DNA of 64,000 nucleotides, from positions 1 to 64,000 of the IMG/VR virus record IMGVR_UViG_3300033149_000928. One strand, 5' to 3'. Below, one piece after another: positions 49,993-60,941 of the stretch. This stretch comes from a virus. Numbering within the stretch: position 1 is the first letter of the stretch; each line of letters begins with the position of its first letter. A program made the position numbers and the translations under genes. Under the pieces are notes generated by a model. That model searched no databases, had not been told where the DNA came from, and saw nothing but the letters and a program-made list of their open reading frames with translations.

Positions 49993-51141
49993 ACTTATCT
50001 CCTAATCAAGAAATCTCGCTCAATATCCTTTTGATTTAGTAAATCATTATATAGATGCCAGTTCTCAAAGGATGTAGGTTTACCTTCATCTGTTAAGAGA
50101 TTACCATGATAGGCTAACATGAGTGCATCTAAACGGTGTTCTCCATAATGACTGGGGTTAGCTCCTGCTTCTTTAATAAATTTACCTAACTCACCCTGCA
50201 TCAATACCGACCCGCGTGGATCACAAGGTAATTTGCTATTAGGTACTTCATATTGAAAACAATCCTCACCCATAGCCCACCAACAGGTATTCATAGCCCA
50301 TGTGACAATTGTCTCAGGGGCATTAATACTAATCTCTTTAATCTCATTCCATGTTCGGTAACACACTATTTTCATACTAAACCTCCTATACTTATCTCCT
50401 AAACAAACACTACGGAGTACAAACAAAATAACATTTCTTCTGTGTTGCATGATCCATGTACCCTATAACCTTTAAATAAGACATCTCCTTATCTAACAGA
50501 CGCGCCGAGTGAACTCGTCAATTTCATCATCCGATCTTATATCTCCTATGACAAGTAACTCTTCCATCAGAGTCTGGAGTTTAACCCCTCCATTATGTCG
50601 CATAATTATACCGTGGATACGGTCCTGTATCATAAGTTAAGCTCCCGCGCCGTCCACTTAGTCTCGAAAGCAAGTCCTCTTGTCCCGATAGCCCCGCACT
50701 TCGGACACCATAATATCTGTACTGGTCTAAGAAGATTACTTCCCTTATGTCCCATGAATACTGAGTCCTTATGCTTACACTTTTTATGTTTCTTCTTACC
50801 CATGACTATTTCTCCTTAGGTACATTACCTTTAAACACAAGACTACGCATATCCAACAGGTGCGCTTCCATAGCCTCTAAACACCCTCGCTCATAACTCT
50901 TACCAGCAGGTAGCCCACACTCCTGGATCGCCATCCTCCCGATGACTACGTGCCACAACTCCATCTAGTAGCCCATCTATCCTCTGCATACGCTTAATAT
51001 TGCAATTAAAGCAATAATTCTCACTCCAAGCAGTCCCGGCAGGCTGAGAGCAACCCTCAGTAACGCAAAGCTTACCAGTCCGATAGCGAGGATTATTACC
51101 TTCGGAATCGGGGTTGAGATAATTATCTCTAGCGTCAGTCA

Positions 51142-51945
51142 TCATTCGCCCTCCATGATAATGTTAATCTCGGCCTGTAGGTGCTTCCCGCCGTAGAAGT
51201 CGTCGTGCTCACGCATGATTCGGATTGCCTTCGCTTGTGCCTCTACGATCTTCGCAAGCCTCAACCGGTCGGCGACAACCTCCCTGTGATAATCTATACT
51301 TGGCATCGGGTCGCATGTCTTCCCTCGCGCTATCAGCTTCTCTACTGGGGATTGGGGTTGGTCATGGTTCTCAAGGAACGGTATCCCGGTGGGGCCAAGC
51401 TCGACTTCTTTAGGTTTTATATCCTCGTTCAAGTCGCCGTCATATTCTATCTTTGGCTCCACTTCCGGCATCTTCTTGCCGTCCTTGAGTTTGATACGAT
51501 AAAACTTTAATTTTCTTTGCGCCTCGAAAGGTCCGTGCTTAACATTTACAGTATGCCAATCAAATTTGGTATGACTATCCCAATGATATTCCTCTTGAAT
51601 ACATCCCTGCGGCGCTAGGTTGCGGAGTAACTGACGTACCCATTCCTCTACATCCTCATGTGATAGCCGTGGCTTCAAGGAATATGGGATTTCATCAGCA
51701 CAACAATAACCTTCTTCCCTTAACTCCATACCCTCTCGCTTATAGATTTCTGTGACACTTTGTGTATCTGAGTTTTGATTTACGGCTACGCCATTTTGAT
51801 TTACTAAATCACTTTTACCTTTCCACCCACAACCGATTTCTTTGTCCTTTCGATTCGCACATACTAGAATCCCACCCTCTATAGCTGTAAAGAAAACACC
51901 TTCACACCCAGGACATTTGAATAGTGATTTGAAGTCAGACATCAT
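51142..51945 (-). CDS. Hypothetical protein, paralog of 52461-53363
   Basis: Shared DLVNQNGxAVNQ, RQLLxxLAPQGC and RIKLxxGK blocks. Confidence 0.65.
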   Translation of the reverse strand: MMSDFKSLFKCPGCEGVFFTAIEGGILVCANRKDKEIGCGWKGKSDLVNQNGVAVNQNSDTQSVTEIYKREGMELREEGYCCADEIPYSLKPRLSHEDVEEWVRQLLRNLAPQGCIQEEYHWDSHTKFDWHTVNVKHGPFEAQRKLKFYRIKLKDGKKMPEVEPKIEYDGDLNEDIKPKEVELGPTGIPFLENHDQPQSPVEKLIARGKTCDPMPSIDYHREVVADRLRLAKIVEAQAKAIRIMREHDDFYGGKHLQAEINIIMEGE

Positions 51946-52460
51946 TACTCCTTGTAATCAGGTAACAGTCTCTTCGCCTCTCTACATGCATCAACCATAA
52001 CATTATAATCATCAACCTCGTCCTCACAAGCATGGACGAGTTTATCTAGTGCTGCTTGTAGTATGGGTATAGAGGAAGGTACTGTTTTCTTACAGGTTAA
52101 TACCCCACCTTCACTGAAATTAGAACAACACATAGGATCGCAGTCTGGTCCCCTTTTATGTCCCTCAAAATGTGGACAGTCTTCTGTCGTACATCCTTTC
52201 TCTACACCTTCACAGTATAGTAGATCATCAGTCATCATGACCCCTCCATAACCTCAAGCATATCCCGGATACATTCCACAAGAACCTGTATTCTATCCTC
52301 AGTAGTCAGTTGAAGAATTCTATGTGAATCAGCGAACTCCAACGCTTGTTTTGCTTTAATATCCTTGGATCAGTTGAGGTCGTAAGTGGTATAAATGGCA
52401 CGGGTACTGGCTCCAAGGGCATCGGTACTTTCTTCGGTGCTGGTTGTGGTAGTGACATAG

Positions 52461-53363
52461 TTACTCCTTTTCTTTTTGATTATCCTTCCCGAATATCTTC
52501 TTTATATCTTCTAGTGACTTCTCTACATCTTCTGGAGATACACCCTCCATCATCTTAGCTTCACGTTCCTCACTATACATATGGTCCCAATTCGATTTCC
52601 TCACCTGTCTCCAACCATAACCACAAGTACATATCCCATCCGTGGGGCTATTATTTATAAGAGAAGCATAAATAGTACAATCACCATCATGTCCATCGCG
52701 ATGGATTGGCCCTGCTCTCCGCTCTTCTTTCTTAGGTTCTTTGAGTCTTTCATTAAGAGAAGGATCAACTTTTATTCTTCTCTCCACTTTCGGTAGTTTA
52801 CCATTCTCTAGTTTAATACGGAAATCAGATAAACTATGTCGTGTGTCTGGATTCCTTGTAACACCCCACACTTCATGTTCTGGTATCCCACTCATATATT
52901 CCACACATCCTTGCGGTGCAAGGTCATGTAGTAGCTGACGGGTAATTCTCTCTTCCGGTACCCACATATCTTTTGAGTGTAGTCCTTTGAGGTAATTTAC
53001 TCGTTCATCACCACAAACATAACCTGGATATCGTTCTTGATTTACGGCTGTGCCATTTTGATTTACTAAATCACCCATCCGATGCTCCAAACATCCAAGT
53101 TTCCCACATTGATCACATACCTTCGTCCCACCAACTAGTACTCCTTTATCCTCACCATACTCATTACGCTCTGACTCTTCGAGTACAAGTACAATATGAT
53201 CTCGCTCCAATGATTTTGGTTGTTGTTTTAGCCATGCTAAATCTTCTTCAATCACCTTCCCGTACGCGTGTCGTGTTAGTTTAGTCACGCCTAGTCCTCC
53301 CATTCTCACAATAAGGACAATTAATAGTCTTACACATCGCCGCTGGATGATCCTTGTAATCAA
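52461..53363 (-). CDS. Hypothetical mosaic protein, paralog of 51142-51945
   Basis: Same shared blocks plus HDGDC...CTCG; true start probably near 53288. Confidence 0.6.
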   Translation of the reverse strand: MITRIIQRRCVRLLIVLIVRMGGLGVTKLTRHAYGKVIEEDLAWLKQQPKSLERDHIVLVLEESERNEYGEDKGVLVGGTKVCDQCGKLGCLEHRMGDLVNQNGTAVNQERYPGYVCGDERVNYLKGLHSKDMWVPEERITRQLLHDLAPQGCVEYMSGIPEHEVWGVTRNPDTRHSLSDFRIKLENGKLPKVERRIKVDPSLNERLKEPKKEERRAGPIHRDGHDGDCTIYASLINNSPTDGICTCGYGWRQVRKSNWDHMYSEEREAKMMEGVSPEDVEKSLEDIKKIFGKDNQKEKE

Positions 53364-55144
53364 CAGAGGCCTCTAACTTGTCCCCTATGAGTACAACCTT
53401 CCTACCCGTACCGTTACACTTCCCACAAAGTCTCACTTCCCCGAATAGCCCTCTAATGTTCTCAAGGAAGTGATCTAAATGAGCCATCTCCCCTTCATTC
53501 ATATATCGCCCCGCTATGAAGCGTATACCTTTCAAGTAAATCTCCACTTGATCCATTATGTGGCCATTCATAGCTATAGTCCTCCAGAGCCGCGTAGTGA
53601 ATACATAGCGGCTCACCAATTCCCTCCAGCCGTATCCGCCTCCCCAAACGTACAAGGACCACACATCCTAGTAGTCGGTACTGTAGGTTTCTCTCCACAT
53701 ATAATACAAGGCTCAGTCCAATCTGGCTCAATAACTACTGCCTCAATAGCATATTTATGGCGCTCAAGGATAGCGATTGCTCGCTTAAATTCATTTATCA
53801 TACCATTGAGGTCTACTGTACGACGGACATCAGCCATTTTTGTTCGGAGCTTTGCTTGTATATCTTTAGGGAGTCGTACCCATTCTCCATGTTCAGCCAT
53901 AATAATATGCCCTTTCTATCCCTCCTCCAAGCCCGTAATAGGAATAATCTTCTTAACAGCCGTTAGGAAGGCATGATAATCTTTACTCTCACTATTTTGG
54001 AGACCATCCCAGATATCAACTACCTGAGCCAAGGTTATATATTGTGCTGCAAGTATCTCAGTATGGTCATCCTCAAGATTCTCGTCACACCATTTAACCC
54101 CTTTAAGGAAAAGAACCTTTTCTAACTCTAATAATCGTTTCTTTTTATCCATAACAGTACCACCTGATTCAGATTTTTCATGTATTGCATGGTCAAGAGC
54201 AGATTTACATTGTTCATATTCTTTATATTCAGGTTCATCGAAAATATAAATAATCCAAAGATTTGCTTCAGTAGCAGTCATCAGGGCATGACAACCACCA
54301 ATCAAACCTACAGGGTAACGTTGGTTATCTTTCATTATTTATCCCTTTAACAGTAATAGTAGTTTCAACGATCTTTTCAAACATCTCCAAAGTCATTCCA
54401 TTAAGATACTCTTTCATATCTTCAAATATCACTTTGAGTTCAGGCTCTGTAATATATCGCTTGATGCCGAAGGGAGGCTCAACGTTATCTTTACACCATG
54501 CTTTGGCCTTCTCATAAAGACGTTTAGTTATTTCCTGATGCTCTTCACGAAGTTTAATTATTTTACTTGGAGCACTCGATTGAGTATAGGGATTAGCATT
54601 GTTTGCTAATTGACACTCCAAGATATCTACACCCATTACAATTACCCCTCTACGTATATAATCTGGATCATTTTCTATATACTCATGCCAAGCGTTTGCT
54701 TCCTTACAAGTGAGTACAGTATTGTATCCACCACAAAGTTCTCTTGGTTGCCCTAAATCTACATTTTTCACGGCTATTCCTCCGGGTTATCATTTAGAGT
54801 AAAATCACTACTTACCTCACAATCTACACGTTCCTTAATGAAGGGATGGGCACCCATATTAGTTTTATCCCCAATAATTTTGATTTGATAAATCACACAA
54901 GGCTGGAACTTCCCAAAAAATACCGAAGAGCCTAAACGATGATTATTCATTATCTGGAACCCACCATAGATACGCCGTAGCCTTTTAACACGCTTCAGTG
55001 CCCCTGATATTGACCTACCATATTTGACTTTGATCTCCGGTTCATCATCCTCGGTCCATGTAATAACGAAACGAGTACCCTCAATCTGTCCTTGTATGAA
55101 TCCTCTTGGTCCATGCCATTTGCCTTTAGTGTCTTGTAAGTACA

Positions 55145-55834
55145 TCACTCCTCCTTAAACAGTGATCCAGATTCCCAGTCTTTATACTTAGGCTGCACTC
55201 CAGCCCAATGTATCTTTAATAAAATATCAACCCTCCCATATTTAAAACATCCATCCCTACAAACTGCACAGTGACCAGTCTTATGCTCAAAGGTCTTAGG
55301 ACAGCGAAAACGTTTCTCTTTACGTTGTGGCTCTCCAATCCGTACTGTTGACCATTTCTGCTTAACTAATAAACAATATTCTTCCCAAGTAGTAGATGGG
55401 TCTATAGAAGCTAGTACCCTGGCATTACGTCGTGGCATAATAAATTGCCTAATATAACGATCTATTTCAACATCTCTCCATCCTCTTGTTGGTATCCAGA
55501 ATAACACTTCTGGATTATATTGAAGGAGATCAAACACCTTATAGACATCTAAGATTGTAGCAAACGCTTCTCCTCTTGTACAGAGTCTAATGCGTTTAAC
55601 CTGTTTCTTCTTTCTTTTAAGAATAACATTTAAAATTAATCCATCTAAATGCTGTCAGAATTTATCATTAATCTTATCGCGAGTCAGCATTCTTTTACCT
55701 CGATAATTATAGATAGGTATATTATAACAATATAATTTACAGAAATCTGACTGATGCTTACACGATCCACGGCCACGATCAATAGCCCATAATCCTATCT
55801 CTTTACAATATCTAATCGACCCGTAACTCGGCAT
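55145..55834 (-). pseudogene. Gp88-like (radical-SAM-like) protein with in-frame TGA
   Basis: ATG 55834: SCKHQSDFCKLYCYN...DKF*QHL...RIRLCTRGE...FWIPTR...CP...CAVC; TGA at 55655-55657. Confidence 0.55.
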
Positions 55835-57671
55835 CCTTCTCTTCCTTCCATTGATTTTGTAAATCAGAAGCTAATTCTAATAGATCATTAGCATATATAG
55901 ATTGGGCCATTCTACCTTCACTAAGAGTCATAAGTGCTTGAATAATTCTTTGTCGCTTAATCTTGGTATCATGATGCTTTTTACCTCTTCGTTTAAGTTT
56001 ATTCTTTCTATTAGTAGTAGGATACTTTTCACAAAGTTCTTGATACCATTTTGGATTCGTATTATTAATAACCCTGACACTATGATTACTGTGCTTAGAC
56101 TCTGGTGCTTTACCTAAACCTACTTCCAGTTTATTCTTTTTCAATTGAGTTAACATTATAGATAGAGTTAAACGCAAGTGTTTTGGAGCAATAATCCGTG
56201 ACCATTTCTGATCCTTATTCATTATGGTCCCTTACTACTCTCCCTTAATGCGATGAACAACACGTACTTTTACTACTACAGTCGTACCATTAGGAACACT
56301 ATCCCCATCCTCATGGACAATAGGTATATCCATCCATACCATTCCTCTTTTATTTGTGAACTTATCTTTCTTCTTAATTAACCAACGCATTATTCTCCTC
56401 CAAGATTCATATCGTCATCACTCTCGGTTTTCCTCCATACAGTTAGGATATCATCCTTAACCTTATCTAAAGCACCAAGTAACCAATTCCCACTGTAGTT
56501 TCCTGTATCAAAGTCTACTGTGAATGGTGGACTATGTTTACTTTGATCTGTATTATTCGGATCAATAGCAACTATTGCAAAAGGTATCCTCCTGCGTCTT
56601 AACTCCATACAGATTTCATCTACCGTGGCTAGTCTTAAATCATTCATGGTCACTGATCCTCCGGCCAAATAAAACAATCAGCTTTACCAATAAGGACTGC
56701 CCATGCCTCACGTAGACATTGAAGATATGTCCTATAAGGTATAGGTCTAGCAGGTACCCATTTACCGTTGATTTCTGTCTGAGTTTCTGATGCACATTTC
56801 ATTAAGTCTTTCAGTATCCACATACCCTTACTCCTTATGGAAGAAGTGCCTATTCCCTTTATTGATAGAACGTAGAACTGGTGTCCTTACTTCCCTTGGC
56901 CTTGACTCTTTAACCACCACCCATGATTCCCTAGTCCTTATATTATTTTGTATCTTCTTTAATTGTTCTGCTGCCCATTCATTTGCTGCCCATTCATCTT
57001 GATAAGGTTTTATGTCCACACTATCATGTTCAACCTGCACTCCCCATTGACAGTTTTGACAATCTGTATCAGAACAGGTAGGGCTATATTCAGTATAGTT
57101 ACTCCAAGGTTTTGTACAAGTAAAATGTATCATTTACTATCCTTCGCAGCCTCGCCGTTTTGATTTACTAAATCATTATCTTTATCAAATTCTGCAAGCT
57201 TCTTATTCAATTGTTTAAGTTCCAGTTCCTGTTGCTTCTGAATTATCTGCATTTTAAGCGTGGGAGGATAAGTCCTAGATTTCCAATAAGAGAGCAAACA
57301 AATAACAAGGAAGATAGCTAAAGTATATCTAAACCAATTCTCTTTAATATTTTCAAACATCAATAGCCTCCTTATCAACTTCCACACTAAGAGTAAACTT
57401 CCTCACAGCATCTTCCTTATATTGAATACCCATAGCCCTAAGTAAATCACTAGGGTAGAGTCTCCAGGTTATATCCCCACTAGCGACTCCATCTTTCTTC
57501 ATTTCATCTTGGACTTCTCTTTCCATTAACCAAGGGTCTCTACCGCAGATTCTAATGTATTCTTCCTCAGTGACATCCCAACAGAAGCACTCATTATCTC
57601 CACTCCATGATCCAGTTATCGTTATCTCTTTCATCTTGGCTCCTTAAACATACACATTGATTTAGTAAATC

Positions 57672-58366
57672 ACTCTATAGTACAGTATAAAACTACACCT
57701 TACCTTCACACAACCTTACTATACACAACTATGCAATACCTTTACATAACAAGACAGCACGGTATAAGACCATACCCTTACTTTACTTTACCTCGCGGTA
57801 CTGTACTTTACTGCACCTTCACAACACGTTACTAGAGGCCACTACACAATACCCTCACCTTACCCTCACCTAACAAAACACAACATGACAAGACTATACC
57901 ATTACCAGACAGTACACTACCATGCGCTACGGTGCCTCACCTAACTTCACCTTTACCCAACACTATGGGACAGTACACTACCTTGACAATACCACACAGT
58001 ATTTTACGTAACACTACTACACCATCGCGATACTTCGCCAGACTATACCATAACCACACAGTACCATAACCGTACCGGACAAGATATGACCTTACCATAC
58101 CATTACCCTACGTAACCTAACTATACCTTTACTGCACAAAACGAACTAGACCCAACATCGCCATAACGGGACTACGCGTGACTACGCGTGACTACGCGTG
58201 ACTACACCATTACTCGACCCAACCGAACCCCACAGTACCATACCTTTACATCACCTAACCCAACCGCACCATTACAAGACTTCACACCAGATAACTATGC
58301 CTTACCATTACTCTACCCAACACCACCCCTCTACACCATTACTAAACCAAACGTGACCGTACCATC
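57672..58366 (-). ncRNA. Putative guide-RNA array of NNN-GT pentamers punctuated by NA(A/T/G)GGT hexamers
   Basis: Hand parse: 114 pentamers (one is a 4-mer) plus 21 hexamers = 695 nt, starting at the stop codon of the Cas7-like gene. The periodicity is seen directly; RNA status is inferred. Confidence 0.7.
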
Positions 58367-58997
58367 ACTTCTTCTCTTTCTCGCCACCCTTCTCTCCCAC
58401 AATCTCATAACTGATCCGACCCTTACCACTATTATGCCACTGTCCAAGGGCATTGCGCTTACCATAGTCAAGCCACTCAATGATGTTTGGCCTTAGTTTC
58501 TCGTCATAGGTTTTAATAGTGAATACCAATATATTACCAGCCGGAACGGTTTCGCTACGTGCTAGCGCAACACGCTCACCCTTTGGACCTTGTATCCTTA
58601 GTGGACGTATGCAGATACCCATAACAGGAGGATTACCATCAGGCCCGATAATCATAATCTTTCTCGGAGCGATGAAAATTAATCCATCAATGATCTTCTT
58701 GTAAGCAGTCATTCCTTTACTCTTCGTACCCTCTACCCTACGCAAAGCACTACAGGCATTCTTGAAGAACCCCTTAATCAGATAATCATAGATGAAAGGC
58801 TGACCGTTATCATCACGATGGAAAACTGTTGTCTGCTTCTTTACTTCGTCCTCGACTTCGGGTAAGGTTGACACTTCATCTGGATCAACACCCTCAGGAC
58901 GTTTTGAGGCGATGAACTCTTCATAGAGTTCTGGATTCGCACTGGCTGTCCCAAGCATCTCCTCAATCAAGGTCGCTTTGATCTGCATCTCAAACAT
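58365..58997 (-). CDS. Cas7/RAMP-like RNA-binding protein
   Basis: IKATLIEEMLG; GQPFIYDYLIKGFFKNA (cf. RAMP P.I.GS.IKG); SETVPAG..LVFTI; C-terminal Gly loop LGQWHNSGKGR; AAGGAG RBS. Confidence 0.75.
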   Translation of the reverse strand: MFEMQIKATLIEEMLGTASANPELYEEFIASKRPEGVDPDEVSTLPEVEDEVKKQTTVFHRDDNGQPFIYDYLIKGFFKNACSALRRVEGTKSKGMTAYKKIIDGLIFIAPRKIMIIGPDGNPPVMGICIRPLRIQGPKGERVALARSETVPAGNILVFTIKTYDEKLRPNIIEWLDYGKRNALGQWHNSGKGRISYEIVGEKGGEKEKK

Positions 58998-59050
58998 GGT
59001 TTCTCCTTCAAAAGAAACACAAACAAACGGCTACGCCACATATTGATTTA

Positions 59051-59957
59051 CTAAATCAAAATTTCAAACACATGAACTACTAAAGTGCCCTTCATCATTT
59101 GGAAAGTACCAATATACTTCTTTATATCTGTATGGTTAACTTCATGTCCAGTACCGTGTAATGCAAAGGTTCTTCTTTCATTTTCCTTTGAGTCATCAAC
59201 TAAAACCCAAAGACAAGGTATACCATTCTGCATTTGAACAGTAAGAATTTTAGAATTCTTTGGCATTAGGATATCTAAAGTGTCATTTGTTTCTAGTGGA
59301 TATTTCCATATTGTTTTCATCAGTATCGTCCCTCCCGCGAGTGAGAATGACTATATACAAATTCCTCAAGTTTTCTTACTCTTTCCTCCATTGTTAAAGC
59401 ATCAATAGCCTCAAAATATTCATTATGTTTTTCTTTATTGGTCTCTGCCTTACAATTAAAACACATATCACTTCGTGGTCGGACTGAATGATGTGTCTCC
59501 TCACACCCTATACATGTCCAGTGTGTTATATATGCCATCAATATCTCCTAACCAATTGAGTAACCAATGTAATGTGGCCACGTGAAAAACAGAACAGCAT
59601 AATGAGCTATTCTATGTTTCTCTTTGACTGTATCACACGTAGATTGATTCATACCACAAGCAATTAACCATCCAATGATCCATATGAAGATCATTAGTAG
59701 TTGTAGATCACTTAGCATTATGGTTCCTTTCACTTCAAATATACAAACTCCTTAACCTTCCCTTGCCATCTGTATTCAAGAATACCCACACCCTCCATAG
59801 CGTTGAGAGAGTCAAACAGAACACAGACCTCAAGTTTCTCCTCTCCGATCTTCACTAATTCCGCATATAACTCCGTGACAAGACCTACCATCTTCATACC
59901 ACCGGAATGCTTATTCAGTATCTCCTTTATTAATTTCTGGACTTGTTTTGATATCAT
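59051..59957 (-). other. Four small accessory genes (59051-59320, 59320-59541, 59548-59733, 59730-59957)
   Basis: Abutting ORFs; the first has a common phage motif MKTIWKY...LW.LVD...GTG. Confidence 0.6.
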
Positions 59958-59978
59958 GTAGTGTCCCTCCCTACTGTC

Positions 59979-60941
59979 CTATCGTTCTCTACCCATCCCA
60001 GGTATATCCTCTGGATTCATCGGACCTGTATCCAGGAAATCACACCTTGCCTTATTATCCTCTAGTGATAACCCCGTAAAGAAGTGTCCACTATGACAAC
60101 GCTCCCAGATTTTACAAGCATGATTGAATAGCTCTGTCTGATAACGCTGACTCACGGTACAACGATGCTGTGCTATACCATATACGTTTTGATTACCACA
60201 GATAATCTGGTCGATGGCTACGATGAAGTCACTCCCCACTTCCTCCCCTAACAACCAACCATAGATTGCCAACTGCCTACCCCAGTCCTTATTCACTAGC
60301 TCAAGGGTATGTGTTAAATTAATTTTGATACCATGTAGGAAACCCTCAAACACATCCTTATGCTGCCGTCTCTTATATGTGAGGGCATCAGCTAGGATAT
60401 TAAGATAGCCCTTACATGGGGAAGGCTTCTTCTTACTAAAGTATCCATTGACCTTCCAATCCAGGATCACTCGACCACCATCCTTGTGCGTGAAGTACAA
60501 GTCAGGCTTACCGAGTAGAGTAGGTGGACCTCCCACTTGATTTGTTAAATCACAGAACTGACTACTAATAGCTCCTTCAAGTTTGAACTCAAACTTAGCA
60601 TCAGTGCAATCACCAAGCATAATCAAGAGATCAGCAGCCGCACCATACTTAACATAGAAGTCGAAAACCTTCTTCCCGATCTTCCATGCTTCATCCCGAT
60701 GCTGTTCTTCAACTTGATCCTCGAAAATTGTTCTACGCTCGAATTGTGGGTCGTCACCCATCTTTAGCTCTTTATACAGATAGCTTTTGATGAAGGCATC
60801 GAATGCACTACCAACAGCCATAACTAATAGCTGTGGGTCACGTGGGGTTTTCGTATCAGCAAGATACCTTTCATAGAAGTCCTCTTCATTTGTATCGAAA
60901 CACTTGATACCACTTGGCGACAGGTACGGGATAGTTCTCAT
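59979..60941 (-). CDS. PD-(D/E)XK nuclease (RecB/Cas4-like exonuclease)
   Basis: YLSPSGI, GSAFD, LLGKPDL, ILDWK, QLAIY. Confidence 0.8.
   Translation of the reverse strand: MRTIPYLSPSGIKCFDTNEEDFYERYLADTKTPRDPQLLVMAVGSAFDAFIKSYLYKELKMGDDPQFERRTIFEDQVEEQHRDEAWKIGKKVFDFYVKYGAAADLLIMLGDCTDAKFEFKLEGAISSQFCDLTNQVGGPPTLLGKPDLYFTHKDGGRVILDWKVNGYFSKKKPSPCKGYLNILADALTYKRRQHKDVFEGFLHGIKINLTHTLELVNKDWGRQLAIYGWLLGEEVGSDFIVAIDQIICGNQNVYGIAQHRCTVSQRYQTELFNHACKIWERCHSGHFFTGLSLEDNKARCDFLDTGPMNPEDIPGMGRER

Larger units (their letters stand above)
47178..57634 (-). other. Dense cluster of about 30 small co-oriented accessory genes of unknown function
   Basis: Abutting minus-strand ORFs with GGAG RBSs and ATGA overlaps; many Cys-rich motifs. 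Confidence 0.7.

Noticed and set aside
14245-55657. Genome-wide TGA reassignment
   Set aside because: Many genes end in TGA with ATGA coupling or at a clear boundary (e.g. 28001, 32050, 32568, 58365).
57672-58366. Canonical CRISPR array
   Set aside because: No identical 23-50 nt direct repeats; conservation is limited to 2-3 of every 5 nt.
58188-58496. Plus-strand Thr/Pro-rich 102-aa ORF
   Set aside because: Antisense to the operon, overlaps the Cas7-like gene, and its composition follows from the AC-NNN periodicity.
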